Shown: positions 37,579 through 50,650 of the stretch, in pieces
How the letters are laid out: every line of letters begins with the position of its first letter
How positions within the stretch are numbered: position 1 is the stretch's first letter
Assembly (NCBI RefSeq): GCF_963506605.1
Contig: NC_083277.1
Span: 41,974,001-42,038,000, forward strand
Reading direction: 5' to 3'
DNA length: 64,000 nucleotides
Source: Zootoca vivipara
Taxonomy: Eukaryota
Notes under the pieces: model-generated
The model's database searches: none
The model's input: the letters and a program-made list of their open reading frames with translations, nothing else
Told to the model about the DNA's origin: nothing
Translations under genes and position numbers: made by a program

Positions 37579-38529
37579 CTGGAGGAAGAAAAGGCCCGTA
37601 AGTGGTATTTGTTGAGGGTCAGCTGTCCGAAAGGTTACCTTTAAGCTAGAAATGGGAGTATAATGGGAAAGGGGACAAGCGTTTTGCTTCATCTACAGAT
37701 CAGGGAAATGCAGAAGCCCCCCGTGCACAGGCATTTTGACATTAAATGCAGCCATACTGTTCAGGTAGTCCCACCCTCCCCGAGCCAAGCATGCAGGATT
37801 TAGGACAAGCCATTGGCAGCCAGGACTGTGGTGGGACACCAGATCTTCCACGTAACACCACAAGGAAGGAAGAAAAAAATGAAATTCATCCCACCAGCCC
37901 ACACTCTATTGCTGTTAGATATTTAGCATATAGAGTCCTCTAGGGTCTTGCCATTATAACTTTGACAAATGGTATGTAATATCAACCTACCTTGCAAGGT
38001 TGCTGTAAGCATTACTGAGATGACATATAATTAGTGCTTCAAAACATGCTATATAAACTACTCAGAAGCCTAGTTTGGTATCAAGCAGTGGAAAATAAAT
38101 TAATTAAATGAAGCTATCATAGTTGTCCTTACGACAGAATAGTTGCCACTCACAATTTTAATTTTTATCCCCACTTTGTATACGTGAACTGAAATGACAG
38201 GAAGACCTCTAGACCTTCACTGAATTAACCACCGCTGATTTTGTGTGTTACAAGGTTGCTAAAGGGTAGACCAATTTGTGTTAAATGGTCTTAGACATTC
38301 TGAAGAACACCATGAGAAAGGCCCGTGTAGTGGGAAATTTGGGGTTTTCTTAATGAAAGTCATTGATTAAAAAAGAAACCTTTACACTCCCACCATTTCA
38401 TTCGGTTCACTGAAAAGCAAGTGTTAGCATCCAAGCGCCAATGCAAAGAAGGCTATCACATGATTACTTGAGACCCATGACTGATTCTGACACTCACAAA
38501 CAAACATTAGTTGGTAACACAATACACTA

Positions 38530-38768
38530 CAGTCGTACCTCGGGTTGCGAACACCTCGAGTTACGAACAATTCGGGTTACGAACTGCGCAAACCCGGAAG
38601 TATTTTCGCCACGCGTGCGTGCGCAGAAGCGTCGCGCGCATTTGCGCATGCGCAAAGTGCAAAAATAGCGCTTTGCGCATGCGCAAAATGGCGTTTCCGT
38701 GTTACGAACTTTTCGGGTTACAAACTGCGACCCGGAACGGATCGCGTTCGTAACCCGAGGTACCACTG
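38530..38768. mobile_element. Tc1/mariner (Tigger-like) MITE
   Basis: TA|CAGTCGTACCTCGGGTT...AACCCGAGGTACCACTG|TA. Confidence 0.9.
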
Positions 38769-38960
38769 TAATCCCAACTAAGGAAAATCCTGAAAATGAA
38801 GCTTGACTTGTAAAAAGTCTTCAACAGTGTTCGTTCCAAAACAGACACCCCAATATTAAGAGGCCTCTTGTTATTTCAGAAGTCATGTTCAAACTTTTCT
38901 CATGTTTCTCATCTATTTATCATTATATCCAGCTCTTATTTTGAGTAGAGGCTTGCATGT

Positions 38961-39003
<43 letters not shown>

Positions 39004-39689
39004 CCCATGTCCAGTATAAGGACTATCTTCTTTCCTTGCCATTCATTCCTATTTGCTTCTAACTTCTCCATCTTTCATTATGTTTGCAATCTCCTCTTCC
39101 CCTCTTCCCCCCCCTTTCCTTAACCCCCATTCCATTTTTGCCCTGCTATCCTCAACTCCCCACTTTCCTCTCTCGGCCCCCTTTCTGTAGGTGACTTCTG
39201 ATGCATGACTTAGTTACACAGAAACAGCCACAAGCAAAACAAAATGCGCAAAAGAAAAAGCTAATATTTCCCTTGCCTGGATCGAAGCTCTGGACTGATT
39301 TGTGCATGGGCAATGTTTTCTAGCCAGTCTGAGCCATCACACACAGGCAAGTGCATTGGACCTGACAAGTAGGGTGTCCAGAGGATTGCCCGAGGCTCCT
39401 GCTTGCAATTGCTACATTGTTCTAAAGGTACTGCTTTATTGTGCATTTTAATTATGGAAATTTGTGTTTCTGTGGTTTGTGCAACTTAGTTTTGTAAAGT
39501 CTATTTTGGCATTAAACACCATGTGTGTATGTGTGTGTATGGGGGGTAGCCAAAGTTGTGCCCTCCAGAAGTTCCTGGACTACAACTCCCAACATCCCTG
39601 ACCATTGACTACGGTATTGATTGATTGATTTCTATCCCACTGTTTCCTCCAAGGAGCCCAAGATGGCAAGATGGCCTCGGCTCAGTATA

Positions 39690-40115
39690 CCTGAAGAAGT
39701 GTCTCCACCCCCATCATTCTGCCCAGACACCATAGCTGCCAAGTTTTCCCTTTTCTCGCGAGGAAGCCTATTCAGCATAAGGGAAAATCCCTTAAAAAAA
39801 GGGATAACTTGGCAGCTATGCCCAGACACTGAGGTCCAGCGCCGAGGGCTTTCTGGCGGTTCCCTCAGAAAGGGAGAAGCAAAGCTACAGGGAACCAGGC
39901 AGAGGGCCTTCTCAGTAGTGGCACCCACCCTGTGGAACGCCCTCCCATCAGATGTCAAAGAGATAAATAACTACCTGACATTTAGAAGACATCTGAAGGC
40001 CCTGTTCAGGGAAATTTTTAATGTGTGACATTTTAATGTAATTAAATTTTTTGTTGAAAGCTGCCCAGAGTGGCTGGGGAAACCCAGCCAGATGGGCGGG
40101 GTACAAATAAAAAAA
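39690..40115 (+). mobile_element. L2 LINE 3' fragment
   Basis: RAFSVVAPTLWNALPSDVKE; same 3' UTR as the 55838 copy. Confidence 0.88.
39731..39820. mobile_element. 90-bp MITE with 9-bp TSD, inserted in L2
   Basis: TIR CATAGCTGCCAAGTT / AACTTGGCAGCTATG; TSD CCCAGACAC. Confidence 0.85.
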
Positions 40116-40457
40116 TTATTTTTATTATACATGGTTCTCACCATGGTTCTCACCCTCCTCAATTAATCCCCACAACAGAGCTATGAGGTAGATTAGGCTG
40201 AGAGGCAGTGGCTGGCCTGAGGTCACCCAGTGAGCTTCATAACCGAGTAGGGATTTGAACCCTGGTCTCCCAGGGCCTACTCCGACACTCTTACCATTAC
40301 ACCACACTGGCTGGTGTGGTGTTATGCTGGCTGGTTGGGGTGGAAGGGAGTTGGAGTCCAACTACATATGGATGTAGCACCTTAAAGACCAACTAAGTTT
40401 TTATTTTGGTATGAGCTTTCGTGTGCATGCACACGAAAGCTCATACCAAAATAAAAA

Positions 40458-40497
40458 GGTATCTGACGAAGTGTGCATGCACACGAAAGCTCATACC
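40458..40497 (+). ncRNA. Minimal type I hammerhead ribozyme (Penelope-like element type), intact core
   Basis: GGTAT-CTGACGA-A-GTGTGCATGCACAC-GAAA-GC-TC-ATACC; stem I GGUAU/AUACC; predicted cleavage after C40492. Confidence 0.85.
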
Positions 40498-40507
40498 AAA
40501 ATAAAAA

Positions 40508-40547
40508 GGTATCTGACGAAGTGTGCATGCACACAAAAGCTCATACC
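40508..40547 (+). ncRNA. Second tandem hammerhead copy with a core mutation
   Basis: Identical to 40458-40497 except GAAA to AAAA at 40535. Confidence 0.75.
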
Positions 40548-41003
40548 AAAATAAAAACTTAGTTGGTCTTTAAGGTGCTACTGAAGGAAAATTTTTATTT
40601 TGTTTCGACTCAGACCAACACGGCTACCTACCTGTAACTACATATGGATGGTCACAGGTTAGCCATTCCTCCTAGACAGGGTACAGAGCTGAGTAATAAA
40701 AACTGCAGCTGCCTCTGTAGCTGTGGGGTGGGGAGGAAGGCAAAAGCCCAGAGAGAAACAATGGCACAGAGCAATCTGTATGCATAACTGTGAGACTCCC
40801 GCTTACACTGCAGTAGGGTGTGGCTTATAGTAAAGCACGTGATTATGTTCCAAGCTTCTCCTTCCCAACTTCCACTTGAGCATGAACTGGAAATGGACCT
40901 TTGACTGCAATTGGGGGGGGGGGTTAAGGAAAGGTGTTTCTACTTAGTTCTTTGAAGAGTGGGCAGCACATTTCTGGTCTAGCTGCAAGTGGGAAACACT
41001 CAC

Positions 41004-41161
41004 TTTTTGGAACTGGACTGCATCCCCTCTGCCGCACAGGAGTAGTTCCCAATCTCGTTGCCAAACTGCAGTGCCACAGATGCATCACATTTGTCCACCA
41101 TCAGAATGGCCACTTTTTCTTTGGAAGGTCCCTGCACAGAGCCCAGGGAGCTGATCTTGGG
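41004..41161 (-). CDS. CELSR3: CELSR3 exon 6
   Basis: PKISSLGSVQGPSKEKVAILMVDKCDASVALQFGNEIGNYSCAAEGMQSSSK; 158 nt, phase 0-2. Confidence 0.95.
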
Positions 41162-41843
41162 CTGAAATGATAAAGCAAGGACTAAGCGGGCATCATCCAA
41201 ACAAACAAAAAAGCCACATTGCCTTATTCTCAATTCACTAATGTCCCAATGAAACATTCAGGAAAAAAGGCAAGTCCGAATGCAAGAAGTGGGTGGGTGG
41301 GGAGAAGAATCCCTGCAGATAGAAAACTAGCAAGGGACAAAGAACATCAGATGCTTATTTAATGTAACCCTCCCGATGCATTTCTGCAGAAAATCCTTCC
41401 TTTGAAGCAAGGGTTAGCATTAGAGGGGAAATTTGCTGCAAAGCAAAGACTATTTCCAGAACAGAGGATTTTCCTTTCAAGACTGCAACAAGAGCTAATT
41501 TTCCTCTCTGGAAGGAAAGAGTTCAACTACCTCTCCATTCCTGGTCTGATCCTATTAATTATCAACACTACACCCCTGCTAGTGCAATTCACATTTTTTT
41601 TAAAAAGCCAGCGTATTTGATGCGAAGAAGTGGTTTGCTGGGTGGGGCAACAGTTAGCCAGGTTTTTTTAAAAAAAATAATCACAAGAAACAAAATCAGG
41701 CCAGAGAGAAAAATCTGATAGAATGAATCTGTATCATATTTCCCCTTAAAATCCATGGCACATGGAAAAGAACTGCAGAGGAAGACAGAACCAGGATAAC
41801 AAAATAATCACAATGACAGAAAGCCAAAGATGCTAGCACCTAC

Positions 41844-41932
41844 CTTGTTGTAATAGTGAAGCTGCACCGTATGCCATTGCCCATCACTGACACCTCCCGG
41901 CACATAGGGAGCAACAATGGTGCTTGACTCTC
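41844..41932 (-). CDS. CELSR3: CELSR3 exon 5
   Basis: ESSTIVAPYVPGGVSDGQWHTVQLHYYNK; 89 nt, phase 1-0. Confidence 0.95.
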
Positions 41933-44537
41933 CTGCAAGGAGAGACATCATAAACTGTCAGCCAGGCAGACTTTAGGCCAAACTAGACAATATGTAAAAT
42001 GTGTGATTTTTTTTTAAAAAAAATGTCCCTTTTTCTTCTTTAAAAATGGCAGACATAGGGAACCAAACAGGAGCAGGACCACGGCACAGGGGGGCATGCT
42101 AATTCTTCTCCGCTGTGCTGCAGACCCACTGAGAAGGGTTAAACCGCACCCCAGTTGTCACTGCCATGCCCTGCAATCCTGATCCTGCTTGGGAGCCTCC
42201 TACAGCTGTTACTTTTGAAGGAAAAGGGCACATTTGGCCCTTTGACAAACCCTAAGGAAACACTGCTAATGTGTGGTAGGCAGTATCACTCTTCCAAACA
42301 TATCAAGATAAGAGAGTCTCGCTTTGGCCCATATAATCACTGACAGTTCATCACATGTAGGCATGTATGTAAAAGCACAACTTGTGGAAGACAGCATGAT
42401 AACACATGTGCTGTGCATATGCAGAAAGACAGAGAGGGAGAGAAGTTGCTTTGAAACATACAGTAGCATTAATTTAGTATTTCTAGATACGCTTTCTAAG
42501 AAATGAATAAGGCACTACAATGTTAGGAAGAAGGCATGCACCCTTCAAAGCGATTCAGTCAAATGGTTCCAAGTATATTGGCAAGGGAACATAGGAAAGG
42601 CAGCTGCTTTGGAGCTAATCTTTGCCTGGCCCTTCCAAACATCAGCTCCCCATGTTGAACAGAACCTGTTACAGCCAAATCCTGTCTAGGATATGTAACA
42701 ACTTGGTAGTGTCTTTTTGAAGAGGATTAAATTTGAGGAAGAGGAGGTGATTGGTAGCTTTTAAAAAGGCAACAGAGAGAACCAACCCCCTAAAAATGTG
42801 TGGTTCCCGCCTTCATTCTTTGTATTTTTGGTCATTTATTAAATAGGCTGATTGTCTAATTTAATTGGTTATGGGATTTTAGGATTGAAAGGTGGAATGT
42901 AAATAATATAAATACATGCATGCACATAAACATGCATGCACTCCTAAGCAAAGCTGAGGAATCCAGTATCACAGTGTTGATCTGAATTTTCCCCCTGCAG
43001 CTAAGCAAGCAAACAAGCTGAAGCTCTTGGGTTCCTATTTGTGGCTGTGGTCAGCCATTGCACCCCGGCCATCGACTCAGATACATTAAGAGTCCCGGAA
43101 ATAACAGCCCTTTCGGTAACTATATTTAAGGCACTTGACATCTGAACATTGCCTTTGAAGTTGAGCAGCCCACAAAAGGCTATATATCTTCCGATGGAAA
43201 CTGATGTATAACGGACATGGTTTTGGGTGGGTGGTCTTGTTGTGTCATATAACAGGATGCCTTTTAAACCACAGCTTAAAACAGAACATGGCTTCCCACT
43301 GACGCAGCTCCATCATTTATCCCAACATGAAAAGCATGCTTAACTAGTCCTCTGAGACACAATCTAATTTGACTGTTTGTGACCTTCAGACCCAACATGA
43401 TACGACGACGTACAAATACATATTATACAGGCACGTGAACACAAACATTGCTGCGCATACAAATATGTTCCCTTGCAATCTACACCATTTTATACTCCCC
43501 CCCCCAACTTCATGCCTGCTCACACCCTTTACCTATGTATAAATAGTACCCTTGTGATTCCCCATTAACACTCTTTATTTATAATAACTTATTAAATTTC
43601 TATACTGCCCTTCATCTGAAGTTCAAAGGGCAGTTTACAACAATATGTACCATAATAACGAACAAAAAATTATACATGCCCCCAGTTTAAAAGGCCATAG
43701 ATTGTTTAATTAGCCAAAGGCCTGAGAGAAGGGAAATGTTTTTGCCTAACACCTAAAGATATATTGTGAAGGTGCCAGGTGAACGTCCTTGGGGGAGCTT
43801 TTGCACTCAACCCTTTTGCCCTGTGCAAAGCATAACCCAGCATTCCTCTTCAGTCTCAGGGGTTACAAACGCACCACCATTGATTGCAAACACAGTGCAA
43901 CACAGAAACCCAGCCCACCGGCTTATCCTGTTCTACCAATGCATTCAATGCCTCAACACAGATTCACAAAGAATCACACTTTCAGGTACAGACCCTGAAG
44001 ACACAAGGCACACACCAGGAGTTCAAACCTGAATGCTTTCCTAAAGCCCCGTGCTCCTCTGCAGGGCTGCTAATATGATCTTCTGAGCCAGGTACATTGT
44101 TTGTGTTTAGTCCTCACCCCCAACCCATCCTGTGTTAGTCCTTTTGAGCCCTGGAACCCACTTGCTCCCCACAACAGTTTCACTTGCACCTCCTTTCTGC
44201 AGTCCTGCATTGCTGATTCTGCTTTCTCTCCAATAAAGCTCTTTCCACCCCACCCTATTCTATCATGAACATGTTTTGCAGTACCAGGAGTCCCAAAAAA
44301 CCACAGACATCGGCCATCACTCTTCTGTTGATAAGAGAATGGAGCCTGTGTCCCTTGGAGCTGGTAGAGCAGAAAGCAGGGAGGCCAACAGTAGGTGGCG
44401 CCAGACCCAATGTCAGGCAGAGCCAACTCATTCTGGTTTCGTCCTCTTCCTCCTCCCTGCTGAGCTCTACAAAGGAGGCACCCCCTGTTGTAAGAAAGTA
44501 GGTAAGTAGGTACTGCAGACCCATCTGCATCACCTAC

Positions 44538-44653
44538 CTGTGGAGTACTTCAGCTGGACCTGCCCATCCACAATCTCTACAGCCAAGAAGTCATGCTTCT
44601 CATTTAGACGTCCGTTGTAGATTAGGAGGCCACTGCGCTCTAAGGTGGCAAAT
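44538..44653 (-). CDS. CELSR3: CELSR3 exon 4 (laminin-G 1)
   Basis: Manual translation FATLERSGLLIYNGRLNEKHDFLAVEIVDGQVQLKYST; 116 nt, phase 2-1. Confidence 0.95.
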
Positions 44654-45103
44654 CTAAACAAAACAATACAGTGATAAAGCAGAGAAAGAATAATCATTTC
44701 TGTGAGTTCTTAATGAGCTAGCCTGGGCCTGAGATGAATTATGACATTCCCTGGGGCAATATTTCATCAGGTACAGTTGGCTGAAGAGAATGTTGCTATT
44801 GCAGAATGATTAAGATTAAGATTCAACCATCAAGAAAAAAGGAGGGTTGGTGTCTTTCTTTTTCTGCCTTAAATGGCAGGCCAACATCCAACAAGTGAGA
44901 GCTAACACTGCATCCCATATCTGGTAAAGCTGCACTTGTTTAATTTCTATTGTATTGTGTTTTTTAATTGCTGCAACCCACCATGGGACCTTATGGTGAA
45001 GGGTGGGTACGACAGATTAAGATTATGATATGATATGATAAGATAACAGCCATTCTGCAAGGAGAAAAAAAGGGGTTGGCAATTCTAATAATAATTCTAA
45101 TAA

Positions 45104-45469
45104 TGCGGGATGTGGATGGCACTGTGGTCTAAACCACTGAGCCTAGGGCTTGCCAATCGGAAGGTCGACGGTTTGAATCCCTGCGACAGGGTGAGCTCCC
45201 ATTGCTCGGTCCCAGCTCCTGCCAACCTAGCAGTTCAAAAGCATGTCAAAGTGCAAGTAGATAAATACAGTAGGTAAGGGAAGGTAAACAGTGTTTCCGT
45301 GTGCTGCTCTGGTTTTGCCAGAAGCGGCTTAATCATGCTGGCCACATGACCTGGAAAAACTGTCTGTGGACAAAAGTCGGCTCCCTTGGCCAGTAAAGCG
45401 AGATGAGCACCACAACCCCAGAGTCGTTCGTGACTGGACTTAACTGTCAAGGGTCGTTTACCTTTACCT
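45104..45469 (+). mobile_element. Sauria SINE (Squam1)
   Basis: tRNA-like head, (ACCTTT)n tail, TSD TAATTCTAATAA. Confidence 0.9.
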
Positions 45470-45699
45470 TAATTCTAATAAACTTCTTTTCTTCCAGCTA
45501 GATTTTTAAAAGCCACATTTGAAGAGTAGACACTCAGCTAGAGCTCATATCTCAGCCCAATCTAGTATGAAGGAGAAACCCAGAAAGGTCAGGCAAATGC
45601 ATTTTGGAGAGCAGAATGGAAAATGATTATCATCAGCTGGAGCTGAAAGATGGCTATTCTGTTAACTGACATAACAAGGCTCCAGCTCAAATAACTTAC

Positions 45700-45922
45700 G
45701 AGAGGGAGAGGGTCAGGTGGAACCTCTGGCGAAGTCCTCGGAACATGATGAAAGATTTTGGGGGGAAGGAACGTGTAGACACTTCACAGTAAGGCTTTTC
45801 GAAGCCCCCAGGTGGGCACTGACATTGAAAGCCGCCATCGGCAGAATTGGTGCAGGTGCCTCCGTTCCTACATACGCCAGGGACGCAGCGTCCTGCCCGG
45901 CTATCCACCTCACAATTATCAC
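45700..45922 (-). CDS. CELSR3: CELSR3 exon 3 (EGF, start of laminin-G 1)
   Basis: DNCEVDSRAGRCVPGVCRNGGTC...RSFPPKSFIMFRGLRQRFHLTLSLS; AG/GT; 223 nt, phase 1-2. Confidence 0.96.
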
Positions 45923-47816
45923 CTGTTGGGGGGGGGGGAACAGAAGAAAATAGATCAAGGGGCTTCTGGGAGTGGAAGAGGAAAAGGCTGAGAGTTCCTG
46001 GCATTGAACAGGGTGGAGTAATATATAGATTGCTAAGACAAGGCACCTAATATGTCTGCATACTGTCAATCATGTTTGTGGTGCTCCAGAAAAGCCAACC
46101 AGGTGCAACAGCTTCCAGCCTGATAAGCCTCTTCCTCCTGATTATACCATATGTAAAACTTCATGCATCAAAGCATTCTAGTTTAGGAAGCCATGCTTTG
46201 GAGATCAAAACCCTGCCCACTGCCATATACACCACGGAGAACCATGACATCTCCTTCAGACTCCAGCTTTATCTCAAGGACCTCAGCTCCACCACCCTGA
46301 AAGCTATTGGTTGCTCCACACGGCCAAGGAGAAACTTATGCTGAACTCCCAGCGAATATCTCCTGTGAACTAATTTGAAAAGGTCTATTAGATTAGCTCC
46401 TTTACACACAAGGCAAACATTTACTCGTCTTAGAATTGGTGTCTTCCAGTCACTCGAAGAAAGAGATTGTGTGAAGTTCCTGATGGGCTGGCCATGACAG
46501 CAGATCCCTCAGTCGAGTCTTCCTTACCAGGAACAAAATCCTTATATATAGTTCCACCGTAAGGCAGGGTGACCATTTCTCATTTTCAGAAATGAGAATA
46601 ATACCTGTACATTTTGTCTCATATTTCAGGTTCTACAAGTGCTAAAAGCTTGCTTAAAAAATAAAAAAAGCTGGTAATTATGGTTCATACAGGAGAGGGT
46701 GAACTCCCTCCCTCCTGTGGACACCCATGTATGGTTCTCCTCACAAAAGCACATTAAACTCAGCTGAGGAATTTCCCTCAGGTTTATAAACATATCACAA
46801 ACCCTTACTCTTGTCAAACCAGCCACATAGGCCTACTCTCCTGAAGCTTCAGCAGGCCTCATTTCCAGGGATATGCGTGAAAACAGCTTGGGATGGGGAC
46901 TAGCAATTCCCTCACCATTTCATGCATTAAAAAGATTTGTTTTCTAACACGAGTATCGCCAGAGCCATCACCAGGGGACTCATAATTAGCTGATAAGAGC
47001 ATGAAACACCAAGGTCATCCATCCAGATAGAAATGTTCAGTGGGGAGCATTTTGTAAGAGCTAGTATGACAATGTGCATATATTAGCAATTTCCACTCGC
47101 AGGCAGGGTACACGGGGCTGCCACCATCACCATGCTTGTTGACTACTGAGGAGGCAGCAAGAAGCCTATTGCTCTAGTTTAAAGCAGGCCAGGTAGCAGC
47201 CCTAGGGGAAACGGACGGCATCTATCTCTTTCAAAAGAATTGCCACAGTTGCTGGACGGGCACCATGAGGAGCTCCCGGCAGTGGTTAGCAACAGCAAAT
47301 ATCTCTGCTCATTACAGCTGCCAAGCCGGGGCAGTTTTCAACACAACTGGAATCTGCGTCCCTAAATGTGGCTTCTGGAAGATCTCTCCTGTTTGTATTG
47401 TTGTGTCCCCAAAGAGCCACTTGGTGTCGCCATCTACCATTTGGTGCCTTGGGGAACCCGAAGCAGAGCATGCACCATCCTTCCGACAAGCTGAACTGAC
47501 AAGCTGAACTCTTCGCTGTCGTCACCAATACTGGGCCTGTCAGGTTTGCTGCTATAGTTTCCCCTTGGCTGAACAGGAATGCAGAGTGTTGGGAAAGGGG
47601 AGTTCTCTTTGCCAGTGGTTTGTCAGTCTGTACACAGGTGAGGAGACAACCACTCTTGGGCCCAGCTGAGAGCTAATTCCTTCGAACCTTTTGTCGGCAA
47701 GGCTCATATCCCATGCATCGCAGCACATCTGAGTTCAAATACTGCTCCGGTTCACTAGAGCACAGAGTCTAGCTCTCGCATGGGATTGGGTATTAGAATC
47801 ACTCACACCTTCCAAG

Positions 47817-48183
47817 CATAGCTGCCAAGTCTCCCGCTTAAAAAATGCGGGATCAGCAGCACCGCGGCACCGGATGTCACTTCTACGCATGTCTGGACAT
47901 GCATAGAAGCAACTTCCGGTGCTGCCGCCGCCCGATTTCCGGTGCCCAGGCATGGGCGGAGCGGCACCGGAAGTTGCTTCTACGCATGTCCAGACATGCG
48001 TAGAAGCGACTTCCAGTGCCGCGCTACCCATGTCTGGGCACTGCAAATCAGGCGGCGCCAGCACCCAAAATGGAGCCTCTGGCAGGTAGGAAATCCGGGG
48101 GATTTCCAGGATTCTTTTCCCTTCGGGAGAACAGCGAGAAATGGATTAAAATCTGGGGGTTTCCCACGAAAAATGGGGACTTG
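47817..48183. mobile_element. DNA element sharing the CATAGCTGCCAAGT TIR, with CpG-rich internal hairpins
   Basis: Left TIR intact, right TIR partly deleted; flanks share CTTCCAAG. Confidence 0.7.
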
Positions 48184-49150
48184 CTTCCAAGTCTGACAGA
48201 AGTGTACTACTGGGCTCATGTTCTCCTTGTACAGGGGGGAGAAATGGGTCCCAATACTCAGTTATGATGAGGGCCACACAGCCTTGGATCCAACAATGAG
48301 AGAAGCAGTTGCTTCTTGCCAGATTGTGGCCAGAAAAGACAATTAGTTTGCAAATGCCAATATCCCCCCCCCCCACTTCCACTTCTCTGAAGCTGAAGAG
48401 AGGCATTTAAGAGACAGAGGCAAAGAGAGGGCTGGCTAGGATTCTAAGGAGCCCATCATGCCTATAGTTTTCTGAAAGAGGCGCTCTAGAATGGAAGTAT
48501 TACAAATCTAGGCAGATCTAGAGCTGTGGATGGAAAACTAACCACAAGGAGCAGGGAAAGATGAACACCTCCTGCTACACTGTACTGGACAGTTGCCACA
48601 GCTACTAGGCCAACATACAGCTCACCCTGTCCATTGGTTTTGTTCCTCACAAGTATCAAGCAGCATTAAAAGACATGTGCTATGCATCTCCAGCAGCACT
48701 ATTTAAGCAGAGGGCTTTGTAAAAGACTGTCTCTGAAGCCAGTAAGAGATCTGGAAGGCTAAGGGTCGGGGGGGGATGGGGGAGTTATTTATGTACTTAT
48801 TTATAAAATTTCTTAATTGCTTTATGTCCAAAAGAATCTCAAAGCAATGTACCAAACAGAAATGGATACAATTTGATGAATACCACAAAAACCCTATTAA
48901 AATAACATTATACTCTTCCAAAATTAATAGTGACCAGGCCAGGATCATCATTCTAGGAAGGCCTGGTGGAATGAAAAGGTCCTCAATGGGTGCCAAATTC
49001 CCAAAAGGGTTGGAGCCCATCTGATATTCACCAGAAGGCACTTCCAAAACACTTATTCAAAAGACAAGGCTTGTAATTACAGATTATAGTCATCCCTGGT
49101 TGACAGATCAAACTGTTTTCACAATCCAAATTTACCATCATTTCACAGTA

Positions 49151-49471
49151 CAGTGGAACTTCGGTTTATGAACACCTCGGTTTACAAATTTTCGGTTTAC
49201 GAACGCCGTGGACCCACCTGGAAAGGATTAATTCACTTCCCATTACTTTCAATGGGAAAGTTTGCTTCAGTTTATGAACGCTTCAGTTTATGAACAGACT
49301 TCCGGAACCAATTACACCCATGCTTCGGGTTAAGTACGCTTCAGGTTGAGTACTCTGCGGACCCGTCTGGAATGGATTAATCCACTTTCCATTACTTTCA
49401 ATGGGAAAGTTCGCTTCAGTTTATGAACAGACTTCCGGAACCAATTGTGTTCATAAACCGAGGTACCACTG
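49151..49471. mobile_element. Tc1/mariner MITE with internal duplication
   Basis: TA|CAGTGGAACTTCGGTTTATGAAC...GTTCATAAACCGAGGTACCACTG|TA. Confidence 0.9.
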
Positions 49472-50587
49472 TACAAATCTGTCTGGCTGACACTGGAATG
49501 TGCCCTAATGTCAGTAAACAACAATGCAATAAGGAAGGTAATCTAGAAAACTCAGCAGGCCTGGAACAGATTAAATGAGAAAGAAAATGCTTTTCCAAGT
49601 GGCCCTACGATAGCTTTCTTTTTATATCCAGGAGATTTGTTATTTGTCTCTGTGCCACAACACTCAGAGATGGTCCTCCCCATCATAGATAATATTTGTG
49701 ATGATTTGGAGGAAGTTGAGTAATGAGTGCTAGAGTCATAGTCCTGAAAAGGACTATGATTCATCCAGAAGGAGATAAAGTCTTGTAGAGGACGGACCAA
49801 ATTACCTGTACACACAATCTGATACAAGCAAGCAATGCCTATCTAGGCTCAGAGGGGCATCCTGATTCAGGGCTGAGAAAAGCGCTGTTTTCAAGACGCC
49901 TTCCTTCATCAGCCTGCTCCTCCATTTCATCCCCTTTCTGCTAAAGCTCAAGGATGATCTATGCAGCTATTGAAGAGGGAGCCGCCACCTCTTTAAATCT
50001 AGGAAGAGGGAATGGTGGGGCTCTGTGTAGTTTCCACACACCCCCAGGGGAACCTGAGGCATTTCCCATTGTCTCTGAAATGAAAGCGCCCTCTTTTTGA
50101 TGAGATCCGTAATTATTCCCTCCAGTCTGATACCAGGGGGAGTGAAGACGGGAGTGGGAGCCACATTTAATCTGTTCCAACTGGAAAGACAGAAGCTTCG
50201 CAAAATATTCATGGGCTTCAAACTTCCATAGCACTATCTGCTGCTGCTGCTGTCTCTACACCTCTGGTTCTTTTGGGCTGTACCACACTAATGACCCTTT
50301 CTTGGGTCTTGAATGCTAGCTCCAGCAGGGTGGACACGTGTCCTGCTTTAGAGTCCTCTATCTGAAGGGCTATCTGGTCATAAGTCCAGTTCAGAGAGAC
50401 AGACCCACAAGACGGGAGAGCAGCAGGGGCCTTGTGGGTGCTCATTAGCAGATAGAAACTCCTGCATTGAAGAACGAGCAAACACACAGGTCACGTAGTC
50501 GCAACCTTCCTCGTTGTGGGTTGCATTTTAATTATAGCCGCTGTTTTGCTTGCTTCTATCTCGCTTGTGTCTTTGGCGATTACTCAT

Positions 50588-50650
50588 ATACCAATGACAA
50601 ACTTAGTTGGTCTCTAAGGTGCTACTGGAAGGAATTTTTTTATTTTGTTC
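50588..50650 (+). mobile_element. Penelope-like fragment inside an RTE 3' end
   Basis: ataccaatgacaaacttagttggtctctaaggtgct..., nearly identical to the 33927-34019 copy. Confidence 0.75.

Larger units (their letters stand above)
40375..40635 (+). mobile_element. Penelope-like element terminal remnant with inverted 5' piece and tandem hammerheads
   Basis: 15-bp TSD aactacatatggatg (40360-40374, 40636-40650); ends ...ccaacacggctacctacctgt. Confidence 0.85.

Noticed and set aside
40421-40547. CRISPR-like regular palindromic repeats
   Set aside because: The intervening sequences are identical rather than unique spacers, there are no cas genes, and the context is a eukaryotic intron. Explained by tandem hammerheads.
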